Shown: piece after piece, positions 23,394-36,800 of the stretch
How the letters are laid out: each line of letters opens with the position of its first letter
How positions within the stretch are numbered: the stretch's first letter is position 1
Assembly (NCBI GenBank): GCA_009103225.1
Contig: RHPI01003491.1
Location: 26,601-90,600, forward strand
Direction of reading: 5' to 3'
DNA: 64,000 bases
Origin: Chlorokybus atmophyticus
Lineage: Eukaryota > Plantae > Mesostigma and Chlorokybus algae
Made by a program: the position numbers and the translations under genes
The notes under the pieces: model-generated
What the model was told of the DNA's origin: nothing
Databases searched by the model: none
What the model saw: only the letters and a program-made list of their open reading frames with translations

Positions 23394-24467
23394 CTACTGA
23401 GGGAAGTCGTTTTCCTGCTCCACGCCATTTTGCTCCATGGTGTTGACGCGACAATCACGGCGAGGGTTGCCATCCGGTGTTGGCCTTTGCGTGCTTTGTT
23501 TGGGGCATTCGTACGCCAAATGCTCAGTCGACCCACACGCATAACACTTGCGCACACCTATACCTCTTTCACCACGTCCGCCGTGCTTCGCCTCACTTCC
23601 ATGCGTGTGTATGGCACCCACCTCCATTGGTGCAAGCCCAGAGTCAGCTCCACCTCTATTGGCAAGCGCTAAACTTGGTTCTCCTCGTCTCAATGCATGC
23701 TGAAAGCCTCCCCGGGGCTGATCACCATGCCTTTGCCTCCAGTCAGTGTTTCTTGTGGTGGACTTGAAGTATGGTGCGTCGAGACGCTCCGCGATGCGTA
23801 TAGCCTCCGCGAGTGTCTGCGGGTCCTGTAGCTCCACTTTTTTACACCCCAAAGGTTTTAAACCACGTGTATTCCTGTCCAGCTGCTCCTCCTCGGTCAT
23901 ATTGGGTATGGACATCACCAATCGCTGAAACGCAGCCGTGTACGCCATCACCGACCCCATTTGCACAAGGGCTGCAAGTTTGTCGCGTGTGGCCTTCACG
24001 CTCTCAACGGGAACAAATTGATGCCTGACCTCCAGTGCCAACTCTTCCATGGTAGTCAATGGCAGTGCCATCCCACTTGCAACACGCGTACAACGATGTC
24101 TCCACCAAACAAGTGCTGCACCCTCAAGTAATGTCGCTGCGACCTCCACGTGCAGATGCATAGGCACCTCCGGGAGCTTCAACCAAGACGATACTTGGAA
24201 AATCCATTCATCCACTGCATCTCCATCACATTGACCCTTGAATGGCTTGGGCTTTAGCACCTTCACATGCACGCGCGAGCTTGATGCCATGGGAACTTGT
24301 ACACGCGCCATCGCATGCTCATACGCCTCGCGTTGTGCTTGTGCCGCTGCTTGAGTGTGATGAAACTCTTCCCTCAATGCTAAGATGGCAGCTTGAAGCT
24401 CTTCCATGTGCGCATCCTCCACTAACACACTACACTCCGCTTTCAAATGAAAACTGTAAACGCCCAC
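23394..24467 (-). pseudogene. gag: Gag of the old chromovirus, copy 1
   Basis: Open 357-aa frame closely matching the young gag; the associated pol is broken. Confidence 0.85.
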
Positions 24468-27290
24468 ACACTCCCGCTCTCCCTTCGTAAACCGTGCTCC
24501 GATACCAGTTGTGACGTTGCTCGTGCCTTGTCACCTGTGAGTTGGTCTAATCAACAACCCTCTCACCAAGACACGGTATTCACGCCAAAACCTTGCCCCC
24601 TCTGCCAAGCACACACGCGCGCCCCGCCACTCGCGTACGCACGCGCATGCGCTCGAAGCTACACACCGACTTGTGTAGCGCCTTGGATCGTCACACAAGC
24701 AAGCACACATCAGTGGACACACGCTAGCAACCCATGCTAACCACCACCAGGCTTGCACACAAGAAACTAAGGAGCTAAAGGTTGTGTTGCGAATTGTAGA
24801 ATGTCACTTTTATACCTACCAGTCTGCACATGCTACTGTCTAGACGATTCTAGCGCTAGGAGAAACTAGAAGCTAAGATACTCTTGTAGCATCTTGTAGT
24901 ACACTTCTAGACCTTTCCAACGCACCAAAGATCTCCTCATTTGCTGCTCATATGGTCAAGTTATCCTACTTGGCGCCAGGCCGTTCCAGAAATCTGGTCG
25001 AGCCCTTCTCGACTGGCCCTCCATTTTCTGGAGTCTTCCAGACTGGCCCTGGGCCGGTCGATATCTGCGGCAGACTCCCAACTCGCCGATATCCGCCACA
25101 GTCATGAAAAACATGATACCTCACAAACAAGGCTCAAAATGGCCATGAAAATCACGACATTTGGCCTTGACTATTACAGCTGTGGGGAGATCCTCCGAAT
25201 CTGCTTGAGCAGGAGAAACTGGGACTGGCAGTACGGGCCTGCGAGGGGGGGCTGGTTGTCGGCATTCAATTGGAGCAGCCGGCCTGCGCGCCTGCAGCTA
25301 AGGGCACGCTTCTCTGTCGTGGCCTTCCTGTGCACAGTTGAAGCAGGTGAGAGGGGATTTCGGTGTGAGAACCGTGACAATGGTCTCGCACGCAACGCGT
25401 AATTTCTTGTAAGTGAAGTGCGGCTTCTTGGGAAGCGTGCGCCCGGGGATGGGAAGGAACAAAAACCGGCAGCCAGAGTGGAGAAGAGTGCAACATTTGA
25501 TGACGAAAGCATGGGGCGACCAAGCTCACCATAGCTGCGCAGTGCCTCTTTAAGAAAAGGCTCAACCATCTCCGTAGCCCCAAGAAAAGAGACCCAGCCC
25601 CGCAACTCAGCCCGTGCTGCGTCCCGGAGAACACGCACTGGCTGTCCATGGAAGGATGGAAGAGAGCGTGTGTCTGCTCTTGACAGGATTTCAAAGCAAG
25701 CCGTAGGGAGAATGGAGATTACAATGAAACTCCCCGCGTAATACATCATGGATAGAGAAGATCATGGAGCTGCCATAACCAGCCATGCACGCAATGTAAC
25801 CATGCAATCCGGACAGATGTAACCAAGGCTAGAGATGGTGTAAATGGGAAGATAAAAATTACGCAACAAGCACGCATATGTGTATGCCACATGTCTACGT
25901 GCGCATGCACAGACAGTGAGAATCTAGCCATGCTAGAAGCATCATCTAGCATAGCAGCAGCGACGGAATCAGGTGAGTTATCTATTACTGCGCAAATCTC
26001 ATCTGTGCGGAGGCAGAAGAGGGGGAGGAGGATGGTGGTTCAGCTTCTGGAGGTGCAAAAGGCTTGATTGGACTGAGCGGAGGCGAGGATCGCCCTCCAT
26101 TGAGACAGGAGCAGGCAGACGGGGGAGAGAAGAGAGATTTCCATCCATGGGGGTAGGGGAAGGGGTGCAGAGGGAGAGGGGAGGCGAGGGACAGGTGGAG
26201 GGAGATCAGAAGACATATAGGGCATCTACGCCCGCCAAAGAAGCAGCAGGCTGCACTGCAGCTCCCTGTCCGACTGAGTGATGAAAATAGATTGGTCAAC
26301 GCCTGGTGCGACGGAAAAAGTCAAAGAAAGGACGAGGAGGGAGAGCGCAGGAGGCCTGGCATTAGCCATTAGCCATACCCTCCTCCCCCGAGTGAAGAGA
26401 CCGCGGAGGACGCGAAGGGGAAAGATGATCGCCGCCGCCGCTGCCCGCCAGCACCCAAGCCATGCAAGCATGCATACACGCACGGTGTGCTAGGTGCTCC
26501 TACTATAAGCCTTCATGCACAAATGATCTTAATTAATTATTAAGAGACCCACCGTAATGATTGTGTATACATAACGGTAGTTTAATTGCTGAGCTAGTAG
26601 TTGTTGATGACTGCATGTGTGCAAGTATCAGGTGTCATATCCTATTATGCGCAACGCAATCGCGCAACTTCAATACAACCTACATGTGTTCACTCGTGCT
26701 ACAAATGATTGAACATATGCAAATTGTGCAGAGTTAATATATTTGCACAATACATTACACAACATGTTTGCTATGCAGCGGGTATACCGATTGACTCAAT
26801 CCGTATAACCGCACACATTTTGGAGACTGGTGACTGCACGTGATACATCAAAAGTATCATGCAAATATTCATGGCACATACGAAGAACCCAACCATGCGT
26901 AATACTGTATGTGTGGACTAGAGCACACTCAAGGTGCACTTGATAAAGGCTTCACTCAAGAGAGCTCATGCATGTAAGTTGTCCGTTATTAACGAGCTAA
27001 TCATCGTTGATGTGAGTCATATTAACATAAAACATAACATAACATATCAAGTCAACAGAAAATATTTTATCAAATCAGTAATCTTTGCTGCATTGAAGAT
27101 GACAATGCTGATAGTTAGAAGAATTGCATTGTACAATTATTGTTATAGTACAATGTCTGTATGACAGTTGATACAATATCCACCCATTTTTGCAAACGAC
27201 GACGTCATTCAAGTTGCTATTCGTTATCAACGGTTGATGCTTATCACATCAACGCAACAACAGCTACTCGCCGTATCAGTGTTACGGTTG

Positions 27291-27375
27291 ATGCTTATCA
27301 CATCAATGCAACAACAGCTACTCGCCGTAACACTGATACGGCGAGTAGCTGCTGTTGCATTAGTGTGATAAGCAT
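27291..27375. repeat. About 39-bp-arm imperfect inverted repeat, 7-nt loop, preceded by a 54-bp duplication (27231-27284)
   Basis: atgcttatcacatcaatgcaacaacagctactcgccgta acactga tacggcgagtagctgctgttgcattagtgtgataagcat. Confidence 0.9.
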
Positions 27376-27945
27376 GAATCGACATTGCTCAAAAATGTTT
27401 GCTTTTCAAATTGTAAGCAAAATTTAATTGTGTAAATTATCATGCTCACATGTGAGTCGCATCCAAGGTTATTCGCCAGGGTTTAAAACATATAATGTAT
27501 ATGAGGGATGTTACTACCATAGCTCAATGGTCTGCGCTAGAACACATTGTTGCGTGGGAGGGCAGATTGGAGAACGTCCTGTACTTAGCAAATAACAGCG
27601 GTATGTTCATCCCATGAATTGATGACAAAGCTGCAGTACACGGAATCGTTAAATTCTCGTCGTTGAACCATACCAGTTCAACATTTAACTTGCAGCAATT
27701 GACATGTGTGATTTGGCAACCTTACCATATATATCAAAGCAACCACATGTAAAAAGTGTTGTGCGAGCCGCATCATCATAGTGTCTTCTCGGATCGTCAT
27801 GCAAGCGAGTATACTTATGCTGTGTTGAAATTGTTCTATAATGTACAATTAGCCACTCTTGGATCTATATATTGCCACCCTTGTAAGTTCATCATGTGTA
27901 TCATTTTCATTTGCTTACAAGCCTACAAACAAAGGAAGCCCTCCC

Positions 27946-28288
27946 NNNNNNNNNNNNNNNNNNNNNNNNNNNNNNNNNNNNNNNNNNNNNNNNNNNNNNN
28001 NNNNNNNNNNNNNNNNNNNNNNNNNNNNNNNNNNNNNNNNNNNNNNNNNNNNNNNNNNNNNNNNNNNNNNNNNNNNNNNNNNNNNNNNNNNNNNNNNNNN
28101 NNNNNNNNNNNNNNNNNNNNNNNNNNNNNNNNNNNNNNNNNNNNNNNNNNNNNNNNNNNNNNNNNNNNNNNNNNNNNNNNNNNNNNNNNNNNNNNNNNNN
28201 NNNNNNNNNNNNNNNNNNNNNNNNNNNNNNNNNNNNNNNNNNNNNNNNNNNNNNNNNNNNNNNNNNNNNNNNNNNNNNNNNNNNNNNN
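27946..28288. other. Assembly gap (343 N)
   Basis: Run of n, flanked by ctccc and ctctctc, so probably a CT microsatellite break. Confidence 1.
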
Positions 28289-30085
28289 CTCTCTCATGGA
28301 GCTGTGGCGCCACCCAAGCCGCTAAAGGCTTCCTCTCTGTTCCTCCGGAACCTCTTCAACACACGCAAGCAAGGCGGCGGTGCAATGGAGAGGGATCTCT
28401 GTGTACACGGACGGGTACCTCCATGTGCTAGCGTATTTTGCTTGCGCTAAGGCTGGTGATCGTATGTGGGTATGAGTGTGCACGTGTGCGCTCTCGCGGC
28501 TGTGCATGTGTGGGTATTGATGCGTGCACTTGTGTGCACGAGTACATGCGTTGTGTGAGTGTGCATGTATACCCGCACGTGCGTGCGAGCGTGTCTGCGT
28601 GCGTGAATGTGTATTGCATTTTGGCATTTGTTGAGTGCGATTGCAATTATGTTGCTGCTTGTATACTATATGGCAAAAGTGTACAGCAAAATGTGTACGC
28701 CCATCCAGCATGTGCGCATGACAATAGTGAGCGTGGAGGGGGTATTGATACAAAGCAAGCCGGTTTTACTGTAGTAGCCCTGTCCATTGCGCTTAAGATC
28801 ATGGAGATGCAGTCTTCCACCTCGCACGCTACTTTGTCGTGCATCTGCTAGATGCCATGGCCCCGCCCTTCTCTTGCGCCTTTGCTGAACATGTCCTCGA
28901 TCAAGGTGACCTCATCGGCCATCCGAGGTGATGCCTTGGCAGCGGCCCGGCATGTGGGACTTTGTGATGTTTTATAGAGATGCGAGATTTGACCCGCCTC
29001 TTAGTCGTGGTAGGACAGCTGTACTAATACAATTGCTTGAGGGTGTGAACTAGTCGTTGCATGCTGTTTGATCTTTCCACTCTTCACTTACCAATGAGTG
29101 TGGCAACATCCCTTATGTTGAGCTATCAGCTTTATCAATAGGAACGTAAAAGGGAGAGAGGAGAATGTGTTGCACCAATCAACATCGCTGCTTGTGGGGT
29201 GCATCTACATGTTCAGCCTTGCGTGCTGGGATAGCGATTGATGGAGGAGGAGAAGGAGCGGCCCCCGGGCCTGGCGCTAGAGTTGGTAGAGGCAAAGGGG
29301 GCGGGCAAAGCGGTGCAGTGCAAGGGGAGGACTGGCGAAGGAGGGGGAGGGGACGGACGCGGATCAGGGATGGGAATGGGGTGGAGAAAGGGGAAAGGGG
29401 GCGTGCAATATCAATACTCATAAAGTGCTGTTGGCACCGCTATCAATCATGAGCTTACACTCTCTCCATCGACCTTGGTCATCGCAATTGTGTGCTCGAA
29501 GCCCGAAGTACTTTGTTNCAAGCAGTGTATGCCATTGCCATTGCCTGTCAGAGGAATCGCCTGACACAATCTACTGATGCCTTGGCCGCAAGCATGCCTC
29601 ATCTTGTCCGCACGCGTCCTACTGGCTTGCTTGCTTGGTATACCAATCCAACTCGTATCAGGCGGGCACGACGCGTTTGTCGTAGCCGTGGCGCCCTGGT
29701 TACCAAACCGCCGAGTCCTTGCCAAGCAAACCGCCGCCAACATCCATGGCACTCTACTGTGACTGCGAAGTCGCCAGGCCGCGGCCTTCTTGCCGACAAG
29801 CTGTTTGTATATCTAATAACAAGGCCGGACTGGAGCTTGGTAAGCTCTTACAGCAAAGAGTATGCGCTGCTGTACCCAGCTTGCGGGTGTTGCAAGCAAA
29901 ATGCTTGGCGGGCTGCCAGGCGCAGTCAGCCTAGGCTGGTTCAGCAGGCCTGCTGAGGCATTGCGGGCAGCGCCCATGCTGCTGCAGCGTATAAAAGTCT
30001 GGCTCGCTAACTCCTTCTTTGTATGTGTGGGTGGATAGGTGAGCGGTTCTGGCTGCCTGTTGGACGTCATTCCCAGAGCACGATA

Positions 30086-32519
30086 ATGGCGCCAGCCTGG
30101 CGTCTGCCTCTGCTGCTGCCGTTACTGTTGCTGCTGCTTGGCTCAGGTAAGAGCTGCCTGTTTAGCTGAGTGCTTGCAGCTGGCTGACGACATGAAACTG
30201 CAACTCCGGCTGCCTTCGCGGCAATGCTTTCGCATGGTTGCTTACGCTCGTGTTTGCTTGAATGCAGCTCGCAAGGCGTCTGCTGTGTCCGACCAGGAAG
30301 GTGAGTGTGATTGCAAGTCTGCCACAAGCACACGCATGCCGCTTGCGTGCAATGTTCTCAGGTTTGGCATGGACTGTGATACACAGGGGTGTGCAGTCAC
30401 ACTCTCATGCTCACGCTCTCGTCGCACCATTGGCAGTTGCGGCTATTCAGTCGCTGCAGGCGGCCGTCTACTATGTGGATGGCGCCGGCAAGCAGGTGCA
30501 GGGGCCTCCCCTCTGGCCTTCCAACCTGACCGGCTACAACGTCTGCAATCTTTCTGGGATCTCTTGCACCAACGGAGCCATTACGACCTTGTGAGTGACA
30601 ACTGCGTGCTCTTGTTGTTGGAACTAAGACTTGATGTTGTCACTGAGTCACTCAGTTCTGACACATTGCATATCTGTCAGGGACTTGTCTTATAAGACAA
30701 GCAAGTACCAAAAGCTCCAGAATAACCAGCCCTTGACCGCGCTCAACAAACTCACCAACCTGCAGAAACTGTAAGTTTGCTGCACAACGGCATTGATTGT
30801 TCTTACAGGTTGTTCGGCAACATGTTCAGAGGCTGCTGGCTTCGTGGGCCGACCCTTATCCAGACATCTCTCAATCACCATTACATGTTCTTTGCTACGC
30901 AGATACCTCCAGGGCAACGCTTTTACTGGTCCGCTACCCAATCTAAGCGGTCTCACCGGCTTGGTCGAATTGTAAGTTGCTACTGAGGTTTAACTATGAG
31001 ATCCGTGCCATGGGCTACTATTTACTGCAGCTGCCTCTGAGATTGCGCATTGCCAGACACTCTTCTTATTGACCTTATTATGTTGACATGTCATTGATGC
31101 ACTGCGGGCATACTTTAAGAGATTGTGTACGTGGGTGCAGGTTGCTGGGTTACAATGCATTTTCTGGAACATTGCCGCCCGAGTGGAGTAACCTCAAAAA
31201 CTTGAAGTTCTTGTAAGTGCATGACAGGGTTCTACTGGTAGCACTCATGCTTCTCTTGTTTGCGATGACCGATGTTGTTGAGGCTGACATGCATACATTA
31301 TGATGCAGATCCCTTAGTGACAACCCGCTCTCGGGGCCGTTGCCGCCAACATGGGGCAATTTGATCAACCTACAGCGGCTGTAAGTAACATACCGTGCAT
31401 GTTCAACGGGTTGTCATACCCATGACACATTGTTCCACTCGATCTCTTATATGTGTTTGTAGCATGTATTACTATGTGTGACATATGGTGCATACTTGTG
31501 GTTGTGCAGCGAAATGTCGACGAACAGATTAGTTGGCGAGTTACCGTACGAGTGGGGTAGCTTGACAAACCTCAACTACATGTAAGTGCTAATCAAGAGT
31601 AAGCATTTTTGTTCATGATTGGCCTGGTGATCACCAGGCAAACTCGCTTGTTTTGCATACCAGTGAAAGGACTTCTCTCATGGTAACACTTACATACATG
31701 AGCAGGTATCTGAGCAAGAACCAGCTTGCAGGACCTTTGCCAAGCGCACTGAGCAATCTGGTCAACCTAAGCTATTTGTGAGTCATAAGATGTTTCAGCT
31801 AACGAGCTGTTGTAGCTATCAGCGTGATGCATGTGTTGATTTATATGATTTATGCACGACAGTTTCATGACGTGTGCTTCATGCAACTTACGATGCAGAA
31901 TGGTGGTTTTGCAGAGATCTGACAGGCAACAAGTTTTTTTGGGTGATACCGTCCGAGTGGGGCAGATTGACCAATCTGCGCACCATGTAAGTAATGGCGG
32001 TCATGAATGCGGACGTGTTTTCTTTGCAAGAGTGACTCAATTGTCTATGGACTGTTCACTAGCAAGGCAAGAGTCCTGCATGCTAACATTTGGCTGCATG
32101 GTTAGATATCTTGGTAACAACCAACTTTCTGGACCATTGCCGAGCACATTGAGCAAACTGGTCANCCTACAAACTGTTCACTAGCATTCAAGGCAAGAGT
32201 CCTGCATGCTAACATTTGGCTGCATGGTTAGATATCTTGGTAACAACCAACTTTCTGGACCATTGCCGAGCACATTGAGCAAACTGGTCAGCCTACAAAC
32301 TTTGTAAGTTGCAACTCTTGCTCATCAACCCTTGCTATGTACCAGTTGCTGTAATGCACGTATGGCTCTGACTCTCGTATGCACAATGACATGCTTCACT
32401 GTGCGCAGTGATGTACACGGCAACGCTAAACTTTGCGGAAACTCTCCCGCCCTCAGTCCAAGCGTGCGTTACACCGATTACAGTGGCACTAGCATTGGCA
32501 GCGACTGCCCATCGTCCCG
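30086..32519 (+). CDS. Secreted LRR protein, spliced, copy 2
   Basis: Exons 30086-30146, 30268-30300, 30437-30590, 30681-30770, 30903-30971, 31141-31212, 31309-31380, 31510-31581, 31706-31777, 31915-31986, 32232-32303, 32409-32519. The first ATG has become ATA. A partial extra copy of exon 11 lies at 32106-32175. Confidence 0.88.
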
Positions 32520-32940
32520 GTGGGTGTGCAGTTGGCAGCCATGATGGAAGTGTGGGTGCAGTAAGACCCGCTCTCTCAGTCTTTCACCAATCGACTAGAG
32601 CCTCTTCGAGTGTATTGCCAGCAGAAGGCCTGCTGCTTCAAGTGCCAGTGCACACCCCATCATCTGTTCTTTTCCTTCAACCGGAGCAACCGCGTCTGCA
32701 ATCTGTATGCCTTGGCTGCGCGGACCCCTACCTGCCTCCCTTACAGTACATAGTTGCCACCTGGGGTGGTGATAAAGCTTGTGGTAGTTACTCAACCCGT
32801 GCATTGCATCTCCCTCCCAAACCTGCTTCCTTGGCGGTGTTATTGTAGTCATAAACGTGGTGTCACACATGCCCAGTAGTCAAGCTTATTTAGATTTCAA
32901 GAGACATCCCACCATAGTTTGCATACCCAAACCCAAACCC

Positions 32941-32942
<2 letters not shown>

Positions 32943-33031
<89 letters not shown>

Positions 33032-33032
33032 N

Positions 33033-33065
<33 letters not shown>

Positions 33066-33076
33066 GTGTGTGTGTG
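32943..33076. repeat. (CT)n/(GT)n microsatellite
   Basis: Read directly; contains one n. Confidence 0.95.
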
Positions 33077-33832
33077 GTGCCAACATTAGAGTACGAACTC
33101 TTTGAACAATTTCACGTACATATGCAATCTGCAATACTGCACTACAGCTTTCAGTCTGCCAGTGGCCTTTTGGTCAGATTGTTGGATGCCTCATCATGGT
33201 TGTGGGTGAGCGCTGATGTATACATGTGAATCCATGCACATCTCTCTGCAATACTAAGCAGCCTGCGGTCCCAAGGACCATGCCAGCAGCTTCTCCTCCT
33301 CTTCCTTCTCCTCCTCCAATGTCTCCTCCTTCGCACGCACCTCCACGCGCATGTTCATGCAACCTCGCTGTCGTGCAACAGTGCAAAATCAGCACACTAC
33401 CTGCTTGCTTCATGTTGTAATTCTGTGTCTATGTTACACAAACGAGCAACATGCACGCAATCATGCACCTTCCAGTGCAGCGCAGCGCAACCAGCAGCAT
33501 CTGGCTCCAAGGTCTCTCCCCTGCGCAAGGAGTTTGCCGCCACCTCCTTGTGGGGAGAGTCTCTGCGCTGTGTAGGCGGTGTTTTTTTAATTACCTCCAA
33601 CGGTCAAAGCAGTTGCAAGCACGTACTTGCAACTCAGTATTCTGAGGAAGGCAGTTAGCATATTTGAATGCCTACCTTACTTATATGTGACTTGTGGTAG
33701 GCATTGATGTGAGTGAGTGCGACACGCTCCTTGAACATTCCACAGTTTGACGTATTCAACATCCCGTGGTATGCATGCGCAAGCTGTTGTATCACGCACA
33801 GCACCAGCTACCAAAACAACCATGCGTTGACA

Positions 33833-36800
33833 CACTACAGTTTTCTGGCTGGATTCAGACGTTGCAATATCAGTTGTATGCAGCTTGAAAACAGTTACAA
33901 AGTGTTGACACAAGAACGTCTTAAAATGTCAGTCTCGGTGTCAGACATTAACGACTTAAACGCATGCTCTTCGCTAGCTCTCCTACCATTAGCAGAGGTG
34001 CTAACTTTCAGTCGTAACGAACTGAAACTGCACTGCGTGCATGTTGAGGCTTACAATCACAATTTGGTTAATGAGCAATTCAATGAATTTCAATTCACAG
34101 GCAATGTCTTATACACATATCTATTATCAAATTGCTGCTAATCAGCGCTGACTAAGAGATTGTATTACTACACAAGCCTGCCGCATTGCCCAATACACGA
34201 GTAAAGCAGCTTGGCTCGTCTGAAGAATGCCGAAGTATACCAAACTCCCACGCTTCTGCAGTCAGACACAGCCATATACACAGCTGGATTAACATGCACA
34301 CATAACACACATGTACTCACCATCTGCGCGCGCGTGCGTGCGTGCGTATGCATGTGCGCGTGCGCGTGCGCGTGGGCATGTGTGTGTGCCTTCTCTTGCA
34401 TTGATAACGATGTTGCAGCAGCATAGCGGTGCCTTGCAGCACTCACGTCCAGAACCTTGCAACGAAAACCGGGATGCTCAAAGCCGCAAGCAACCACGCA
34501 TGCATATGTATACTGCTGCTCCGCTCATGCGCTCACCTGCTTTGCAGCACGTTCGGCCCGTTGTTTGCCATGTAACTGTCGTGAAACCCATCGCCATAGC
34601 ACAGTAGTGATGTACGATCTACCTGAAATGCGACCTTGTCATCATCGAGACAAACGCCTACCCTCTGGCATGGACCTGCCCGTAGCTTTGCAACTATACC
34701 TGGGGATATTGCTGCCGTTCGCTGCAAGCTCAGTCTCTCACAGCGCCAACGCCGTGTAGTACACGGTGTTGGCGATCTGAGAAATACAGCACTGCAATGT
34801 ATGGCGAGCAAGGGTGTGCTCGGCAGCAATGAAAGGGCGTGTTGCACAATAACTTAAATCCAGCGCTCTGAATAGCTCTTACGCAGCGAGCTCACCTGGC
34901 ACAGACTGACTGGAAGGGATGCACTCCTTGTGGTTCACATCCAATCCAACTATAAAATGGGAGATTCAAGAAACGTAACTTATGTTGAACAGCACTTTTA
35001 CAAATTGTCATGCAAGCTTGTACACCGTGTAGTGGCTGCTTTGTTCAAGGCTTCAAGAGCAGAGAAAACAGCAGTCGGTGCCACACATTGTCTCTATTAA
35101 TGTTACAGCTACAGTTACAATAGCTTACAATATCTTTGACGACCTAGGTGCAAAGGCCTTTGAATTGTTCATAGCACAATGTCTACTGGTGCGCATAGAC
35201 ACTGGGGAAAGCAAGACGGAATTGCTGCCATTGAAAGAATAAGCATGCATGCAACTAACACCAAGCTTGCTGGCATAACACCTATGCACGTGCTGAAGCA
35301 TGCTGCAGTGCCGCGAGTACATAATTTCAATAACTGCAAAACGCAGCAAGCAAAGTTGTCACGCAGGAAGCAGAGCGTCACCAACACAAAGCCAGCAAGC
35401 ACTCCAACAAAAAAGTTAGCGTAGTATACTCACTAGCTGTAGCACTACGTAGTGAGCAAGCAAATTCCAACTGCAGCGGCAAGCTTACAGTTGTCACCAA
35501 CAGAAACAAAACTATCGCTCCATCAGTATATGACATGATGGTCATGTGCTGCAGCTAGCTGAGCAGCAAGCAACTCTCAATCAACTTGGTTGACAGTTGC
35601 TTGCTGCATACAGCTAGCTGGTTCCTAGTTCCAGCTGTCGTAGAGCTGGAACTACAGGCACCAATGAAACAAACCTAGCAAGCACTTGTTTCAGGAACAT
35701 GAGCTGCGTGCTACAGCTAGCTAGCTGAACATAAAAGCGTTCATTAGGGTGCTTTCACGGTAAGCTGCAATCAATGTCACACTGACGGTCATGTGTTTTC
35801 ACCTTCAAGGTTTTCATGATGTGTGACTGGAGCACGCTCTTCAAGCCATACGGTGTGAGGAGACTGCAGCTGCAGACTGCCGCTCGGTGCTTGTCGGCGC
35901 TTAGCTAGCCGTGCGTCCAGCTGAAGCAAGCGCAGTTTGCTTTCTCCTTCTCCTTCTCCTCCGCCTCTGCTACTACTACTGCTACTACTTGTCTAGCATC
36001 CTCCATTGTCATGGGATGATTGCATGAAACACTGGCAGATTGTTTTATACAAACCTGGCTGCGCTTTCAACAGCTCCTGCCCAAGCTATGCCCCCCTGCC
36101 TGGACGTCGCCTTTGCCTGCTACTGCTTACAATTTGCCGCCTGCTTGCAGTTGCTACCTACTGCTGTAACTGCCGCCTACTACCACCGCCGGCTGAAAGC
36201 AATCACCTGGTATGCTGCTCAGGCTCTGGGCCCTTCCCATGCATGCGGCCATGCAATGCTTGTACACTAACGGGAATAACGATGGGCATTACCGCTAGAT
36301 GTACATGCAAAAGAATGAAGTCACATCATTGGCACCCGAATCTATGAAAGCAACAGGCGTAATTAGGGTTTGCCACGTGCATGCGGCAGCATGCATGTGG
36401 TGCAGGGTTGTCGCCGCGCCGGAGGGGGAGTGGCTGCAAGAGCATGGGGACGAGGAAGGAGGTGGAAGAGACGTAGAGCAAGGAGAGAGCAGGAACGCTG
36501 GAAGCGAGCAGGCCCCACTCATTATTGCCATGATGGCCACGGTATGTTTGATTGCTTTTTGCCTTGGCCGATGTTATAGTCTGGTGCAACGAGCATGTTT
36601 GACATCAGGAGTATCCTACACAGTGCATTGACAGATCTGATTGAAGCGTAGTACCAGAATGACACATGCGCATCATGCGCTTGCTTAAACGCAGTCAGCA
36701 GCCGCCAAGAACGGCGATGTGCACTGATGCTCGTTGTGCCGGAGCCCACCTCTTGGCCTGAATCACTGCCATGCACGCAATGCAAGTCATGCATGGCATG

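Larger units (their letters stand above)
14932..25178 (-). mobile_element. Old Ty3/Gypsy chromovirus, copy 1 (decayed, internally deleted, interrupted by the young element)
   Basis: LTRs 14932-15599 and 24510-25178, PPT after 15599, PBS before 24510. Broken integrase/chromodomain at 15600-16900, protease remnant at 23023-23390, gag at 23394-24467. About 1.83 kb of RT/RNase H is missing at 16897. Confidence 0.9.
3050..27945. repeat. Segmental duplication, copy 1
   Basis: Collinear with about 28820-64000. Both copies end at the identical sequence tacaagcctacaaacaaaggaagccctccc (27945 and 64000). Confidence 0.95.

Noticed and set aside
14231-24758. Recurrent short ORFs such as MQAWWWLAG and MVQSTTLSPRHG
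   Set aside because: They recur only because they lie in LTR copies; there is no evidence of coding.
25174-25749. 191-aa minus-strand ORF next to the old LTR
   Set aside because: No recognisable motif, and it is frameshifted and stopped in copy 2 (61245-61869).
29402-29517. 116-bp piece of chromovirus protease identical to 23148-23263 sitting upstream of LRR copy 2
   Set aside because: It replaces a similar length of copy-1 sequence right after a poly-G tract, has no TSD and ends in a lone n. Most likely a gap-filling artifact.
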